The translations under genes and the position numbers were made by a program. The notes beneath the pieces are model-generated. The model was not told the origin of the DNA and searched no databases. It saw nothing but the letters and a program-made list of their open reading frames with translations. A stretch of DNA of 64,000 nucleotides from an uncultured Acidimicrobiia bacterium (GTDB taxonomy: Bacteria > Acidobacteriota > Terriglobia > Versatilivoradales > Versatilivoraceae): contig CAWEPG010000006.1 in assembly GCA_963810905.1 (NCBI GenBank), positions 406,824 through 470,823 on the forward strand, read 5' to 3'. Of the stretch, positions 9,984-20,510 are shown in pieces. Each line of letters begins with the position of its first letter. Position 1 is the first letter of the stretch.

Positions 9984-11108
9984 GTGATACTTCGCTGGTT
10001 GGCGTGTTTACTTTTCTTTTTGTGTCTGCCCGCACTCTGGGCACAGACTCCCACACGCCCGCTGAATGAGGCGGAAGCGGCAATAGCCCAGGGACAACCG
10101 GAAAAAGCGTTGGCCGCGATTGACCGGTTTCTGGATGAGTTGAAACAGGGAATGCTGATGGGGCCGCGTCGGGCGCAACAACTGGATCATGCGGGAAAAA
10201 TCCTCACGGCTTTGAGAGAGAGAGATCCTCAGTCCGTCAGAGCAGGGTTCCTTCTGGGTGAAATTCGGTTTCTGCAAAATCAATTTGAGGAAGCTCTGGA
10301 GATCTTAAGCCCGCTTCGCTCCGAAAACATGAAGAATGCCGACTACTTTAATTTGGTCGGAATGTGCAGGGGCGGACTCAATCAATTTTCTGAAGCGGCG
10401 CAGGATGTCATTACAGCAATTGCTCTGGCTCCTCAAAGAGCCGACCTTTATTTTAACTTGGCGGGCCTCTATCAGAAAGCTGGCGACAATCGTGGCGCCA
10501 TTGAGGTTCTCAATCGCGCCATCTCGAAGGGAATGGTCACTCCTGAGATTCACTTTGCGCTGGGGTTGAGCTATTACAACTTGGGGAATTTTTCATCAGC
10601 CAATGCGAGTTTCGGTAAAGCCGTGAAAATGCGTCCGGAATTTGGCAAAGCTTACTTATACCTGGGGCGCTGCTCGAATAGACTTCGAAACACGAAGGAA
10701 GCCGTCACTTTTTATCGTAAATCGATAGCCCTTAATCCCAATGATTTCCTGGCCTATTTGGAACTGGGAGAGCTTTTGCTCGACCTTCAAGCGAGCACTG
10801 AAGGGATCCAGTTGATGGAGAAAGCAGTACGGCTGAACCCGAATTCCTCCGAGTCTCACTACCAATTGGGAAAGGCCTATTCCAAATTAGCGAAAGTCAA
10901 CCTCGCGGTTACAGAACTGGAACGAGCGATTGGACTCAATCCCGATCAGGATGGTGCTTATCAGGAACTGGCACGATTATTTTTGAAAGAAGGGAAGAAA
11001 GAGCAGGCCGAGGCGCTCTTAACCACGCTGAACGACAGAAAGCAAAAACGCAAAGCGCAGTACGAGAAGAAAGTGTCTGGAGGCAGCTCACCAAATGGAC
11101 CCCAATAA
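9984..11108 (+). CDS. TPR-repeat protein with signal peptide
   Basis: Repeated 34-residue TPR motifs (AYLYLGRC.., AYLELGELL.., HYQLGKAY..) follow a signal peptide (LLFFLCLPALWAQ). The start is GTG. Confidence 0.7.
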   Translation: MILRWLACLLFFLCLPALWAQTPTRPLNEAEAAIAQGQPEKALAAIDRFLDELKQGMLMGPRRAQQLDHAGKILTALRERDPQSVRAGFLLGEIRFLQNQFEEALEILSPLRSENMKNADYFNLVGMCRGGLNQFSEAAQDVITAIALAPQRADLYFNLAGLYQKAGDNRGAIEVLNRAISKGMVTPEIHFALGLSYYNLGNFSSANASFGKAVKMRPEFGKAYLYLGRCSNRLRNTKEAVTFYRKSIALNPNDFLAYLELGELLLDLQASTEGIQLMEKAVRLNPNSSESHYQLGKAYSKLAKVNLAVTELERAIGLNPDQDGAYQELARLFLKEGKKEQAEALLTTLNDRKQKRKAQYEKKVSGGSSPNGPQ

Positions 11109-11214
11109 GTAACTTCCTATCTCATAGGGGACAAGCATCTGTCAGTTGACGGACGGGCCCGGCAATTGACGGATGGTTCGCCCCTACCATCGCAATAAGG
11201 AGCTTGAGAAATTC

Positions 11215-13380
11215 ATGCGAATATCGATAATCCAGATCGTCCGAAGCTTCCTCTTGGGTGTGTGTCTATTAATATTCTGTCCGCCGTCGGCGCAAAAGGC
11301 TGCCAACGATTGCGATGAAAAAGTAGCGGTCCGCATTCGGCTTGATGAAGGCCATCCTTGGCGCCCACCCTTTAGTTTAGACCGGGTTGGACAGCCACTC
11401 GGTGTTATCGTGGAAGTTGAGAGTGAGGAGAGACCTTACCGTGAGTACTGGGTTGTAGCTTACCAAAATGGGAAAGAGATCGATCGCCAAATATTTCATC
11501 TTGCCGGTAGCCATTTGACGGGGAAGTCTCCTTATATCGGGCGGGCGAGTTTTTTACGATATTTTGACGAAGTCGCTCTTTTTGCCAAGTGCCGTTTTCA
11601 GGGTGAGGGTGTGGAATTAGCTCGCCAGAAGGTGACTCCTCCAGACTTTCAGGCGGAAGCAGTTGCCCGTCCGGATAAGGTCATCAATCCTGTTGATTTG
11701 GGTGCCATTCTGGTTCCGCTGGACTGGCTTTTACTGTCAGGCGGACAAAAGGGGAATGTCGAAGTCGCTGCAATTTCCAGAAACGCAGACATTCCAGACG
11801 CCAAAGCCCAGGCTTGGCTCGAGTCTTCAGCCTCCAATAAATCTGCAGTGGCGATCAAGCTGGAGAAGGACCGCCGCGCCCAAATCACTTTCCCGATTCC
11901 TTCCACGATCGCCTCCCCGGAGAAAGACACGTTGCATGTGGCTCTCATGTCGGGAGAAGGGAAAGAACTCTGGCACAAGAAAATTCCAGTCATGATTGTT
12001 AAAACGCCGCCGAAGTTGCCGGAATTCGGGGCGACGGAGTTGAAACTCCGTTATGATGCCCCCATCTCGGTCAGAGATCCCCGCACGGGAAAATTTTCTT
12101 CTATGAGCTACGATACGGCGTGGGCGTCCCAGCTCAAAGATGTGGTGATTGCTCTGCCCAATGGTTCGCGTTACGTGTTCTGGCGCGGTTCCTGTTACAT
12201 CCCTTTTTGGGCCAGCACTCATGATATGGGAATGAGCTACGAATGGGCCGAAACGACGCCTCCTCCCGATGGGTTCACCGATTCGGTGGAACCGTTGATG
12301 GACAAAGAACTGCGGTACAGCCGGGTCGAGATTCTCGAGTCAACGGCTTCGCGCGTCCATGTGCGTTGGACTTACCAATCGACTGACTTCATGTACAAAG
12401 TCTGGGGGGATGCGCCGGTTGAAGATTATTATTTCTACCCGGATGGTTTTGGCACACGAGTTCTCAGTTTGACGAGTGCTCCAGGGGCCCAATATGAAGT
12501 CCAGGAAATGATTGTCCTGGCTCCTCAGGCCGCCTTCCCTTATCAGGTCTTAAGCCCTAAAATGGTTGATATCCTGTTCATTGATGGAGAAAAAAGAGAA
12601 ATTACTTTTCCTCCTGACGGAACTACCGGATCCTCTCCGGCTAGCTTTTCCCGGCAACAAGGGATCGGAACCCCCCGCGATGTCCCGGCGGTTTATCGTG
12701 TAAGACTCAATAAAGATGACCTCGCCACCGCATTTAGTTTTAACCCCGTGGATGCACACTTACCCAAGTATCTTTTCTCCCCTTTCTATGATCGTGGAGT
12801 CATGGTGACGCCAGCATACTGGGGAAGCCATTGGCCGCTGGCTAGGGGAAATACCACCGGATGGACCATTGATGATCGCATTGCACTCACCCCTTCCCAT
12901 AACAGCATCTTGAGTTGGGGATTGGATAATCAAACTCCATTGAAAATGTCTACCGTGCAAACTATCGATACTTTAGGACGCTCAAAGCTAATGACCCTTC
13001 TGCAATATGTCTGGCTGATTGGCATGACTGAAATGCCTGACGCCCGCCTGCTGGAATGGGCCCATAGCTTCAAGAACCCTCCTTCCCTGGAACTCAAGGG
13101 GGCCCGCTTGGAACAGGATGCCTCGTATGTCTCCGAGCGAAGAGCCATTCGGCTAACTGTGGAAGATCCCAGCGTGACCATTACATTAAAACCGACAGTT
13201 CGCTGCATTAACCCGGTTTTTGAACTGCGGTCCGCTCCGAAGGTTCTTCGCAGCGTGAAGATCGGCGACCGGGGACTAAGCCCGAGGGAATTTGCCTGGG
13301 ATGGGCACGTTCTCTGGATCAACGCGGATATTGATACGGCCTCTGCCTTGCAATTGGAATTTGCTTCAAGTGGAAATTGA
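11215..13380 (+). CDS. secreted hypothetical protein, paralogue A of a 720-aa family without a recognisable domain
   Basis: The ATG at 11215 follows AAGGAG, and a signal peptide is present. Long blocks match the ORF at 52468..54618 (HPWRPPF, INPVDLGAILVP.DWLLL.GGQK, ELKLRYDAPISVRDP, LPNGSR.VFWRGS.YIPFWA, GMSYEWAET.PPPDGF, YFYPDGFGTRVL, WGSHWPLARGN). Confidence 0.7.
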   Translation: MRISIIQIVRSFLLGVCLLIFCPPSAQKAANDCDEKVAVRIRLDEGHPWRPPFSLDRVGQPLGVIVEVESEERPYREYWVVAYQNGKEIDRQIFHLAGSHLTGKSPYIGRASFLRYFDEVALFAKCRFQGEGVELARQKVTPPDFQAEAVARPDKVINPVDLGAILVPLDWLLLSGGQKGNVEVAAISRNADIPDAKAQAWLESSASNKSAVAIKLEKDRRAQITFPIPSTIASPEKDTLHVALMSGEGKELWHKKIPVMIVKTPPKLPEFGATELKLRYDAPISVRDPRTGKFSSMSYDTAWASQLKDVVIALPNGSRYVFWRGSCYIPFWASTHDMGMSYEWAETTPPPDGFTDSVEPLMDKELRYSRVEILESTASRVHVRWTYQSTDFMYKVWGDAPVEDYYFYPDGFGTRVLSLTSAPGAQYEVQEMIVLAPQAAFPYQVLSPKMVDILFIDGEKREITFPPDGTTGSSPASFSRQQGIGTPRDVPAVYRVRLNKDDLATAFSFNPVDAHLPKYLFSPFYDRGVMVTPAYWGSHWPLARGNTTGWTIDDRIALTPSHNSILSWGLDNQTPLKMSTVQTIDTLGRSKLMTLLQYVWLIGMTEMPDARLLEWAHSFKNPPSLELKGARLEQDASYVSERRAIRLTVEDPSVTITLKPTVRCINPVFELRSAPKVLRSVKIGDRGLSPREFAWDGHVLWINADIDTASALQLEFASSGN

Positions 13381-13429
13381 TCGGACGTTTCTCGCGATTG
13401 GAGAAATTCCATTGCCCGTTATTTCTCCT

Positions 13430-14075
13430 GACCCCCTGAAAGGGGTAAATATTCAAGCCCAGGGCAGCGCCCTGGGATTTAATTGACCCATCAGTTTTCG
13501 CCCTGAAAGGGCGAGCTAGCAGGGAAGAAACGTACGCATGGCGCAATCGTTGGCACAAATCCTGATTCATCTAATTTTCAGTACTAAGAATCGAGAATCA
13601 CTACTGTCTGAGGAGGTCCGGCCCGAGTTGCATCGGTACATGGCCACGATCTTGAAGGGGCTGGATTCCTCTGCTATCCTCATTAATTCCATGGAAGATC
13701 ATGTACACGTCCTTTTTCGTCTTTCGAAAAATCGCGCCGTGTGCGATGTGGTCGAAACAGTAAAAAAGGATTCGTCTAAATGGATCAAAACGAAAGGAAA
13801 GGCATACCGGGGGTTTCCACTGGCAGAGCGGCTATGGAGCGTTTTCGGTAAGCCAATCCAATTTGGCTGACGTGGTCAATTATATCAACGGCCAGAAGGA
13901 ACACCACCGCAGGCGCACATTTCAGGAGGAATTCAAAGCGTTCCTGAAAAGATATAAGGTGCCTTACGACGAACGGTACTTGTGGGATTGAATGAATAGG
14001 CCGCCCTTTCAGGGCTCATGGGTTTTTGGTATTGTTAGTCCCAGGGCGCTGCCCTGGGCTTTGTTAGATCTGACC
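13430..14075. mobile_element. REPtron: a RAYT (IS200-like Y1 transposase) gene flanked by inverted REP hairpins
   Basis: The upstream hairpins are ccccctgaaagggg, cccagggcagcgccctggg and cgccctgaaagggcg. The downstream hairpins are gccctttcagggc, cccagggcgctgccctggg and tgacccttcgggtca. They are mirror-image complements of the upstream set. Confidence 0.6.
13538..13990 (+). pseudogene. REP-associated tyrosine transposase (RAYT / IS200-like TnpA) with a 1-bp frameshift near 13812
   Basis: The N-terminal 110 aa carry the HxH motif (HVHVLF). The conserved C-terminus (GFHWQSGYGAFSVSQSNLADVVNYINGQKEHHRRRTFQEEFKAFLKRYKVPYDERYLWD) continues in the +1 frame to the TGA at 13988-13990. Confidence 0.7.
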
Positions 14076-14213
14076 CTTCGGGTCAGCGAACTTTGCCGCC
14101 AAGCAGGGCAGATTTAGTTTTTTCTTTGCAAAGGATAAGCCGGCGCAAGCCTGCTGGGGAACGGCGATCTGCATTGAATTGTCCATAGTCATCTCCGATC
14201 ATCGATTCCATTC

Positions 14214-15617
14214 ATGTCCAGAATCAACGCGAGGGAAATGTCGTTTCCTGGAGCAAATTTAAAAGTCTTAATCATCCTTTGCTTTATTTCCCTCCCGTCG
14301 CTGAGAGCGAATCATTCAGTCAACCTACAAGATTCCTCGCCAAAGGAACTCTACCAAGAGGCTGCCAGACTTTTTCAATCCGGAGGGTTTGCACAAGCAG
14401 AAATCAAATTGCGGGAGGCCTTGCGTATACAACCTCAATTTCCAGAGGCCTCTTATCTCCTGGCCCTGGTATTCGCAGCAACGGAGAGGGTGGAAGATGC
14501 CGAGAAATATGTTCAACAAGCTCTCGTTCAAAAACCAGATTTTGGCGAAGCCTGGCACCTGTTGGGACGGCTCTCGGCAAGCCAGAAAGAATTTACCAAA
14601 GCGCGGGAGTATTTCCTCAAAGCTGCCCAACTGAACCCCACGAATGCTTTCATTCCACTGGACCTTGGGAACACGCTCGAGTCGCTCGATGACAATGAAG
14701 GTGCCATGAAGGCTTATGAGAAGGGCCTTGAGCTGGCGAGGGAAAATTCGAGAGCCCGGACGAGAGCCCGGGCAAGTTTGGGGCTTCTCCATGTCAAAGT
14801 TGCTTCGCTTTACACCGAAAAGAACGAAATTCAGCTTTCCATCCAAGAATTAGAGAAGGCTCAGGAATACTTGACTCCTTCTGCTCAGTTTTACGGATTG
14901 CTGGGCGGTGCATACCTGGCGGCTAATGACCTCAGAGCCGTTCATGCGCTGAAGGAAGCGGCCGCACTTAATCCGACTGATGAAGCCTGGGAGAAGCTGG
15001 CTAAAACGCTTTCGAAATTTGGCCAATTTGATGAAGCGGTGGGCCTGTTTGAGAACAAGTGCAAGGAAAAACCGAATTCAGCTATATTCCACCTGCTCCT
15101 CGGGGCTGCCTACTGGGATAAGGCCGAATATCACAAAGCAATCAGCGAGTATCAACAGGTAGTTGCATTGGACCCGAAATCGGTCCGTGGCTACTACTTG
15201 CTTGCGTCAGGGCAACAACTCTTGGGCGATCGAGCGGCTGCGAAAAAATCTTTGGAAAGAACCCTCACGCTAGACCCGGATTTCAAGCCGGCTCAGTTGG
15301 CTATGGTGGATGTGTTCATCGCGGAAGATAAGCGCCCAGAGGCGATTGCTTTATTACAACAAATGACGGCCAAGAATGGAGAAGGATTGGAAGTTCAACT
15401 CAAATTGGCTCAACTTTATCTGGAAACCCTTCAGTTTGAAGCATGCCTTAAAACCTTAGAAGAAGCCGAACACCAGGCACCCAGAGAAAAGAAAGTGCAT
15501 TATCTGCTAGGGAAGCTCTACACGGCCAAGAACCAGCCAGATCTAGCAAAGAAGGAATTTGATCTCTTTTCAAGTCTGGAAAAAACTGAAATGGAAGAAC
15601 AACGTAAAGTAAAATAA
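14214..15617 (+). CDS. TPR-repeat protein with signal peptide
   Basis: Multiple TPR units are present (AWHLLGRL.., YGLLGGAYL.., HYLLGKLY..). The N-terminal signal is hydrophobic. An alternative start is at 14238. Confidence 0.7.
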   Translation: MSRINAREMSFPGANLKVLIILCFISLPSLRANHSVNLQDSSPKELYQEAARLFQSGGFAQAEIKLREALRIQPQFPEASYLLALVFAATERVEDAEKYVQQALVQKPDFGEAWHLLGRLSASQKEFTKAREYFLKAAQLNPTNAFIPLDLGNTLESLDDNEGAMKAYEKGLELARENSRARTRARASLGLLHVKVASLYTEKNEIQLSIQELEKAQEYLTPSAQFYGLLGGAYLAANDLRAVHALKEAAALNPTDEAWEKLAKTLSKFGQFDEAVGLFENKCKEKPNSAIFHLLLGAAYWDKAEYHKAISEYQQVVALDPKSVRGYYLLASGQQLLGDRAAAKKSLERTLTLDPDFKPAQLAMVDVFIAEDKRPEAIALLQQMTAKNGEGLEVQLKLAQLYLETLQFEACLKTLEEAEHQAPREKKVHYLLGKLYTAKNQPDLAKKEFDLFSSLEKTEMEEQRKVK

Positions 15618-15699
15618 TCAAAAATTTAGAAATGATGGTCTTGAACTCTCTAACGAGTTCTCCTGTCCTTCATATTTGGCCACGATTCGTGGAAGACCC

Positions 15700-17731
15700 A
15701 TGAGAAAAAACATCAGGTGTATTCTGCGCCTCTTAGAAAAAACCTTCACCTCTCCGAGTTACGAATGGATATCAATCAAGCGGCACCCTTTTTTTCTCCT
15801 ACTCATGACCCTTGCGGCATTACTCGGGTGCGAAGGGAATCCCAATGTTGAATCTCATGGCCCCGTAGCCGATTGGCCCGCCTATGGCAATGATCCGGGC
15901 GGATCCCGTTATTCCCCGCTCACCCAGATCACCAAGGAAAATGTCTCCCAGCTGAAAGTCGCTTGGATCTACCGAACCGGTGACTTCTCGGAAGGCAAAA
16001 AGACGGCTCGAAAAACCTCGTTTGAGGCGACACCGATCCAGGTGGGCGGGTTACTTTACGTTGTCACTCCCTTTAATCGGGTCATTGCACTTGACCCTGA
16101 ATCGGGAAAAGAGCGATGGAGCTATGACCCTAAAATCGATTTATGGATTTATTACGGTGATGATCTGATTTGCCGGGGGGTTTCGAGTTGGGCTGACCCG
16201 GATTCCAGAGGCCAAGTGAGCTGTCGGCGCAGAATTTTCCTGGCCACTAATGACGCACGTCTGATCGCCCTGGATGCCGCAACGGGGATCCCTTGTATCG
16301 AGTTTGGAAATAAGGGGCAGGTGGATATCAGTCGAGATGTGGGGTTTGTTATCCGGGAGAATATCATATGACTTCTCCCCCGGCAGTGATCGGGGAGTTG
16401 TTGTGGTCGGTTCCGCCATCAGCGACAATCAGCGTGTCGATGCGCCGCGCGGGGTGGTTCGCGCCTTTGATGTGAGAACCGGGATCCAGCGCTGGAGTTG
16501 GGACCCGGTCCCCCGCAATTCGAAAGACCCCGCTTGGGAAACCTGGAAGGGTGATAGCGCTTCTCGCACCGGGGCTGCGAATGCCTGGTCGATTCTCTCG
16601 GCAGACCCTGCAAGAGACACTGTTTTTGTCCCCACTGGCAGCGCCAGCCCCGACTTTTATGGGGGCGAGCGGCTGGGGAGTAATCTCTATTCCAGTTCGG
16701 TCGTGGCCCTGAGGGCTACAACCGGCGAAGTCCGTTGGGCATTTCAAACGGTGCACCATGACCTGTTTGATTATGACGTTCCTGCTCAGCCAACCCTCGT
16801 TACCGTGCGCCGGAATGGGGCGGAGGTCCCAGCCGTTGCTCAAGCCACCAAAACGGGTCACTTATTCCTGCTTGACCGTGAAACGGGTAAACCACTTTTC
16901 CCTGTCGAAGAACGCCCAGTGCCGGTTTCTGACGTCCCAGGGGAAGAAGCCTGGCCTACCCAGCCTTTTCCAACTGTTCCGCCCCCACTTGTGCCCCAAA
17001 AACTTTCTCCTGAAGACGCCTGGGGACTCACGTTTTGGGATCGCTCTCGCTGTCGTGAGCGAATTCAAAACTTGCGTTCTGAAGGCATCTTCACCCCGCC
17101 GAGTTTGCGTGGAACCATCCTTTTTCCGGGGGATGCGGGAGGGACCAACTGGGGGAGCGTGGCATTCGATCCCGAACGAGGGCTACTGATTTTGAATACC
17201 AGCCGGATAGCCCACATCGTAACACTGATCCCCCGGGATCAATATAATTCGGCCCGAGCGGCCAAGCCGGATGCAGAAATTTCCCGTCAATCGGGCACCC
17301 CCTACGCGGTGCATCGTGAAGCGTTACTGTCCCCGTGGGGACTTCCTTGCAATCCACCCCCATGGGGAACGCTGGCTGCTGTCGAACTTGCCAGTGGGAA
17401 GCTGCGTTGGGAGGTTCCTCTGGGAACGACCCGAGATTTGGCTCCCATTCCCATTGCCATGAAATGGGGGACTCCTAATATGGGGGGACCGATCGTGACT
17501 GGAAGCGGCTTGGCATTTATCGGGGCGGCCATGGATAATTATCTTCGTGCGTTTGATGTGGAAACCGGGAAGGAATTGTGGAAAGGGCGCCTTCCGGCCG
17601 GTGGGCAGGCAACACCCATGACCTATCGCCTCAAAGAAGGTGGGAAGCAATACGTTGTCATCGCGGCAGGTGGACACAATCGGATGGGAACCCAATTGGG
17701 AGACTATGTCGTCGCTTTTGCTCTACCTTAG
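15700..17731 (+). pseudogene. PQQ-dependent sugar/alcohol dehydrogenase (quinoprotein beta-propeller), disrupted by two 1-bp frameshifts at about 16350 and 16385
   Basis: ORFs 15676..16371 and 16274..17731 are collinear with PQQ dehydrogenases. The expected sequence ..GFVIPGEYHMTSPPAVIGELVVVGSAISDNQ.. is only recovered by switching frame twice within 40 bp. A lipoprotein-like N-terminus (LLLMTLAALLGC) is present. Confidence 0.65.
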
Positions 17732-18092
17732 CTTCGCCTGGGAGTGTATTCTCCTTCTTTAATTGGATTCGTTTGATGGTTGCATCCCTTTACCATACGG
17801 GATCAGAATCATGCTGACGCTAATCATCATCGGGCTTGTGATTGTGATCCCTTTGCTGTTTCTCGTTTCATTCGGGTGGGCGCCCCAACCAGACGACAAA
17901 GAAATCGTCCCTTGAAAAGCGCGCAGAATCCACACTTGGGGACAAGTCGACGGATGAGGATTTAGAGGATTTACCTCTTCAGTAATCCCCTAGTGAACAA
18001 CCCCATTAGGTTGTATCCATCATCATCGCAAAGCTGTCGAGTGGATTGTCCAATTGGCCTCTAAGGAGCAACCATTCCTAATTAATAAGGAG

Positions 18093-18527
18093 AATAAAAT
18101 GAAAAACTGGTACCTGGTGTCACTTTTCTTCGGTCTGTGCCTGCCCAGTCTTTCTGCATCCGTCTTTCAGGCAGAACAGAAGGATGAGAAGCTGGCTCAG
18201 GATGCCGCCGATTCTTGGCTGGCACTGGTTGATGCTGGCAAGTATTCGCAAAGCTGGAATGAGGCCGCGTCGTTCTTCAAGCAGAAAGTAACAGCCGAAC
18301 AATGGGAGAGTGCCGTTAAATCTGTTCGGGAACCGCTAGGGAAACTCGAGTCTAGAAAATTGAAACATTCTCAATACACAAAGACGATGCCTGGGGCGCC
18401 GGATGGAGAGTACGTCATACTCCAATTTGATTCCTCTTTTGCAAACAAGAAAGCCGCGATCGAAACAGTCACTCCCATGAAGGATAAAGACGGAAAGTGG
18501 AGGGTGGCAGGTTACTTTATCAAGTAA
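18093..18527 (+). CDS. small secreted protein (DUF4019-like)
   Basis: The ATG at 18093 follows AAGGAG. A signal peptide (MKNWYLVSLFFGLCLPSLSA) is present. Its size and the pattern WNEAASFFKQKVTAEQWESAV fit DUF4019-type proteins. Confidence 0.5.
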   Translation, partial: NKMKNWYLVSLFFGLCLPSLSASVFQAEQKDEKLAQDAADSWLALVDAGKYSQSWNEAASFFKQKVTAEQWESAVKSVREPLGKLESRKLKHSQYTKTMPGAPDGEYVILQFDSSFANKKAAIETVTPMKDKDGKWRVAGYFIK

Positions 18528-18743
18528 GATCACCTCAAGAGCACACGGTTGGTAGACCCGAATTCTGACTTTAGCTGATGGAAAGACGATTCCGCTAGAC
18601 GGTCCGCCACTGATGAAGAAAGGGGATTGGGGAGCCAGCGATCCCAATTGTTGCGCCCAGTTTCCACCCTCGTTTCATTAAATTCTGGGAATTGCGGAAT
18701 CGAGCGACAAACTATGCTCTGCTTATCATGATTGTTCCTGATT

Positions 18744-20510
18744 TTAAGGCACAATCGGCACAACTAGAGCCGAGGGATGCTCTCGATCATGGTACACCAA
18801 GTTGGAAGCCTTGATCATCCGCTTGCCGCTTTCCGGATCCTCGCCAGTATTTAGGTTCCGGTCGAATCGGGGAAAATTACTGCTTGAGACTTCCAGCCGT
18901 AGCTTGTGGCCCGCCAGGAACACGTTGGAGGTTGACCAAAGGTTGATCGTCAGTTTGTATATCTCGCCCGGATTCATAAACTCAGCCTTTTCCATTGAAT
19001 TCCGATAACGCGCACGCAGAATTCCATCGAGCAGATTCTCGGCATTGCCGTTCGGCCATACATCGATCAGCTTGCCGGTGAAATCCGTATCCACGGCAGA
19101 GGAGCTTACGTAGAGTTCCAAAGTGACTGGGCCGGTCACCTCGGTGTCCCGTTGGAAGGCGGGAGTCGTGTAGACCAACACGTCTTCGCGGCTTTCCGTG
19201 GGTCTTTGGTCGACTGGACCGGCAGATTCATGGAAAGGAACAGGGCCGCCACGTGTCGGCACGGGGTCCGCGGGATCATAAACGTACTTGTCCGCAGCTT
19301 CACTTGCGGGAGAAGTCGTGCTCAACGTCCCGTCGCCACCGAGCATATTCGCTTTGCCGGCGGAGTGCAGGTAATATCTTGTCTCTCTGGCGCGCGCGAG
19401 TGGCCAACTGTCTTCCTCGCGCCAAATATTCTTGCCCATAACGAAAATCTTCACTGGTTTTTCCTGACTGATGCCGTTATCAACGTCTTTGAGCAGGTGG
19501 TCATACCAACGCAGGGTCAAGGCTGTAAGATCCGGGACGGAATCCTTGCCGAAGTCGATATCCCCGATTTTCGGCGTAAGACCTGCGTGGCCGCCCGCGA
19601 TCACCAACAGCCGCTGGTTGTTTCGAGCCGCTTCACTACCGCCTTGTGCCTTAATGCCCAGATAGTTCTTCAGGGAACCGTCCTGGAAAAGGTCGTACCA
19701 GGCAGCTACGTGAAAACCTGGGACCTTGATTTTTGAGAACTGCTCTTCGATCGACCATTGTTTCCAATAGTCGTCATAACGAGGGTGTGCGAGCCAGTCG
19801 AGGTAATAGTCCGCCAAACCCGAGGAAGGATCGGATCCCAGCACAGGATAATCACTGAGTGGAAGTATCATGTCCCCGCGTGCGCGCGAACTGTCTTTGA
19901 GGACGCGGCGGCTGAGGGTATCGATGACGAAGTATTTCGTCCAGCCCTGGTCAAATGACTGCGCAAACGCTCCGCCCTGATAGGTCCAGTTTTCATGGTA
20001 ATTGGAGCCTGTGATCACCGGAAGGATCCCCGCGAGATGTGGAGGGGCGGCGACGGCCGTGAGCATTTGCGTGACACCCACGTAAGACATGCCCACCAGG
20101 CCGACCTTGCCATTAGCATAAGGAAGCGCAGCCGCCCATTCAACGGTATCATAGCCGTCCTGCGATTCGTACTTGAAGGGGTACCACTCACCTTCAGAAG
20201 TGAAGCGGCCTCGACAGTCCTGAATGATATAAACATAGCCTTGGGCGGCGGCTTTCAGGCCGAATCCGGTGCCAGCGTATGTCATGCGGTGCTTGTCGTA
20301 AGGTGTCCTCTCTAGAAGCACAGGGAATTTTCCATCAGCATTAGGGCGATAGATGTCCGCGCCAAGCGTTACACCGTCTCGGGTCTTCATCTTCACATTG
20401 TTCTCGATGGTGACATCGTAAGGCTCTCGAGCGTCGACGCGCGTCGCCAGCACGAAGGCAACGACGGTTAGAGTAAGCCTCAGCCGGTTAGAAGACATCA
20501 TTGACCTCTC
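18744..20510 (-). CDS. CocE/NonD-family hydrolase (S15 Xaa-Pro dipeptidyl-peptidase-like alpha/beta hydrolase)
   Basis: The N-terminal domain pattern matches (TRDGVTLGADIYRP..FPVLLERTPYDK..IIQDCRGRFTSEGEW..GMSYVG). The signal peptide begins at MMSSNRLRLTLTVVAFVLA, with the ATG at 20510. Confidence 0.75.
   Translation of the reverse strand, partial: ERSMMSSNRLRLTLTVVAFVLATRVDAREPYDVTIENNVKMKTRDGVTLGADIYRPNADGKFPVLLERTPYDKHRMTYAGTGFGLKAAAQGYVYIIQDCRGRFTSEGEWYPFKYESQDGYDTVEWAAALPYANGKVGLVGMSYVGVTQMLTAVAAPPHLAGILPVITGSNYHENWTYQGGAFAQSFDQGWTKYFVIDTLSRRVLKDSSRARGDMILPLSDYPVLGSDPSSGLADYYLDWLAHPRYDDYWKQWSIEEQFSKIKVPGFHVAAWYDLFQDGSLKNYLGIKAQGGSEAARNNQRLLVIAGGHAGLTPKIGDIDFGKDSVPDLTALTLRWYDHLLKDVDNGISQEKPVKIFVMGKNIWREEDSWPLARARETRYYLHSAGKANMLGGDGTLSTTSPASEAADKYVYDPADPVPTRGGPVPFHESAGPVDQRPTESREDVLVYTTPAFQRDTEVTGPVTLELYVSSSAVDTDFTGKLIDVWPNGNAENLLDGILRARYRNSMEKAEFMNPGEIYKLTINLWSTSNVFLAGHKLRLEVSSSNFPRFDRNLNTGEDPESGKRMIKASNLVYHDREHPSALVVPIVP

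Noticed and set aside
16330-16400. Programmed ribosomal frameshifting as the explanation for the split PQQ dehydrogenase and other split genes
   Set aside because: The shifts occur at unrelated sites without slippery heptamers or stimulatory structures. Several different gene families are affected, which makes indel errors or pseudogenisation far more plausible.
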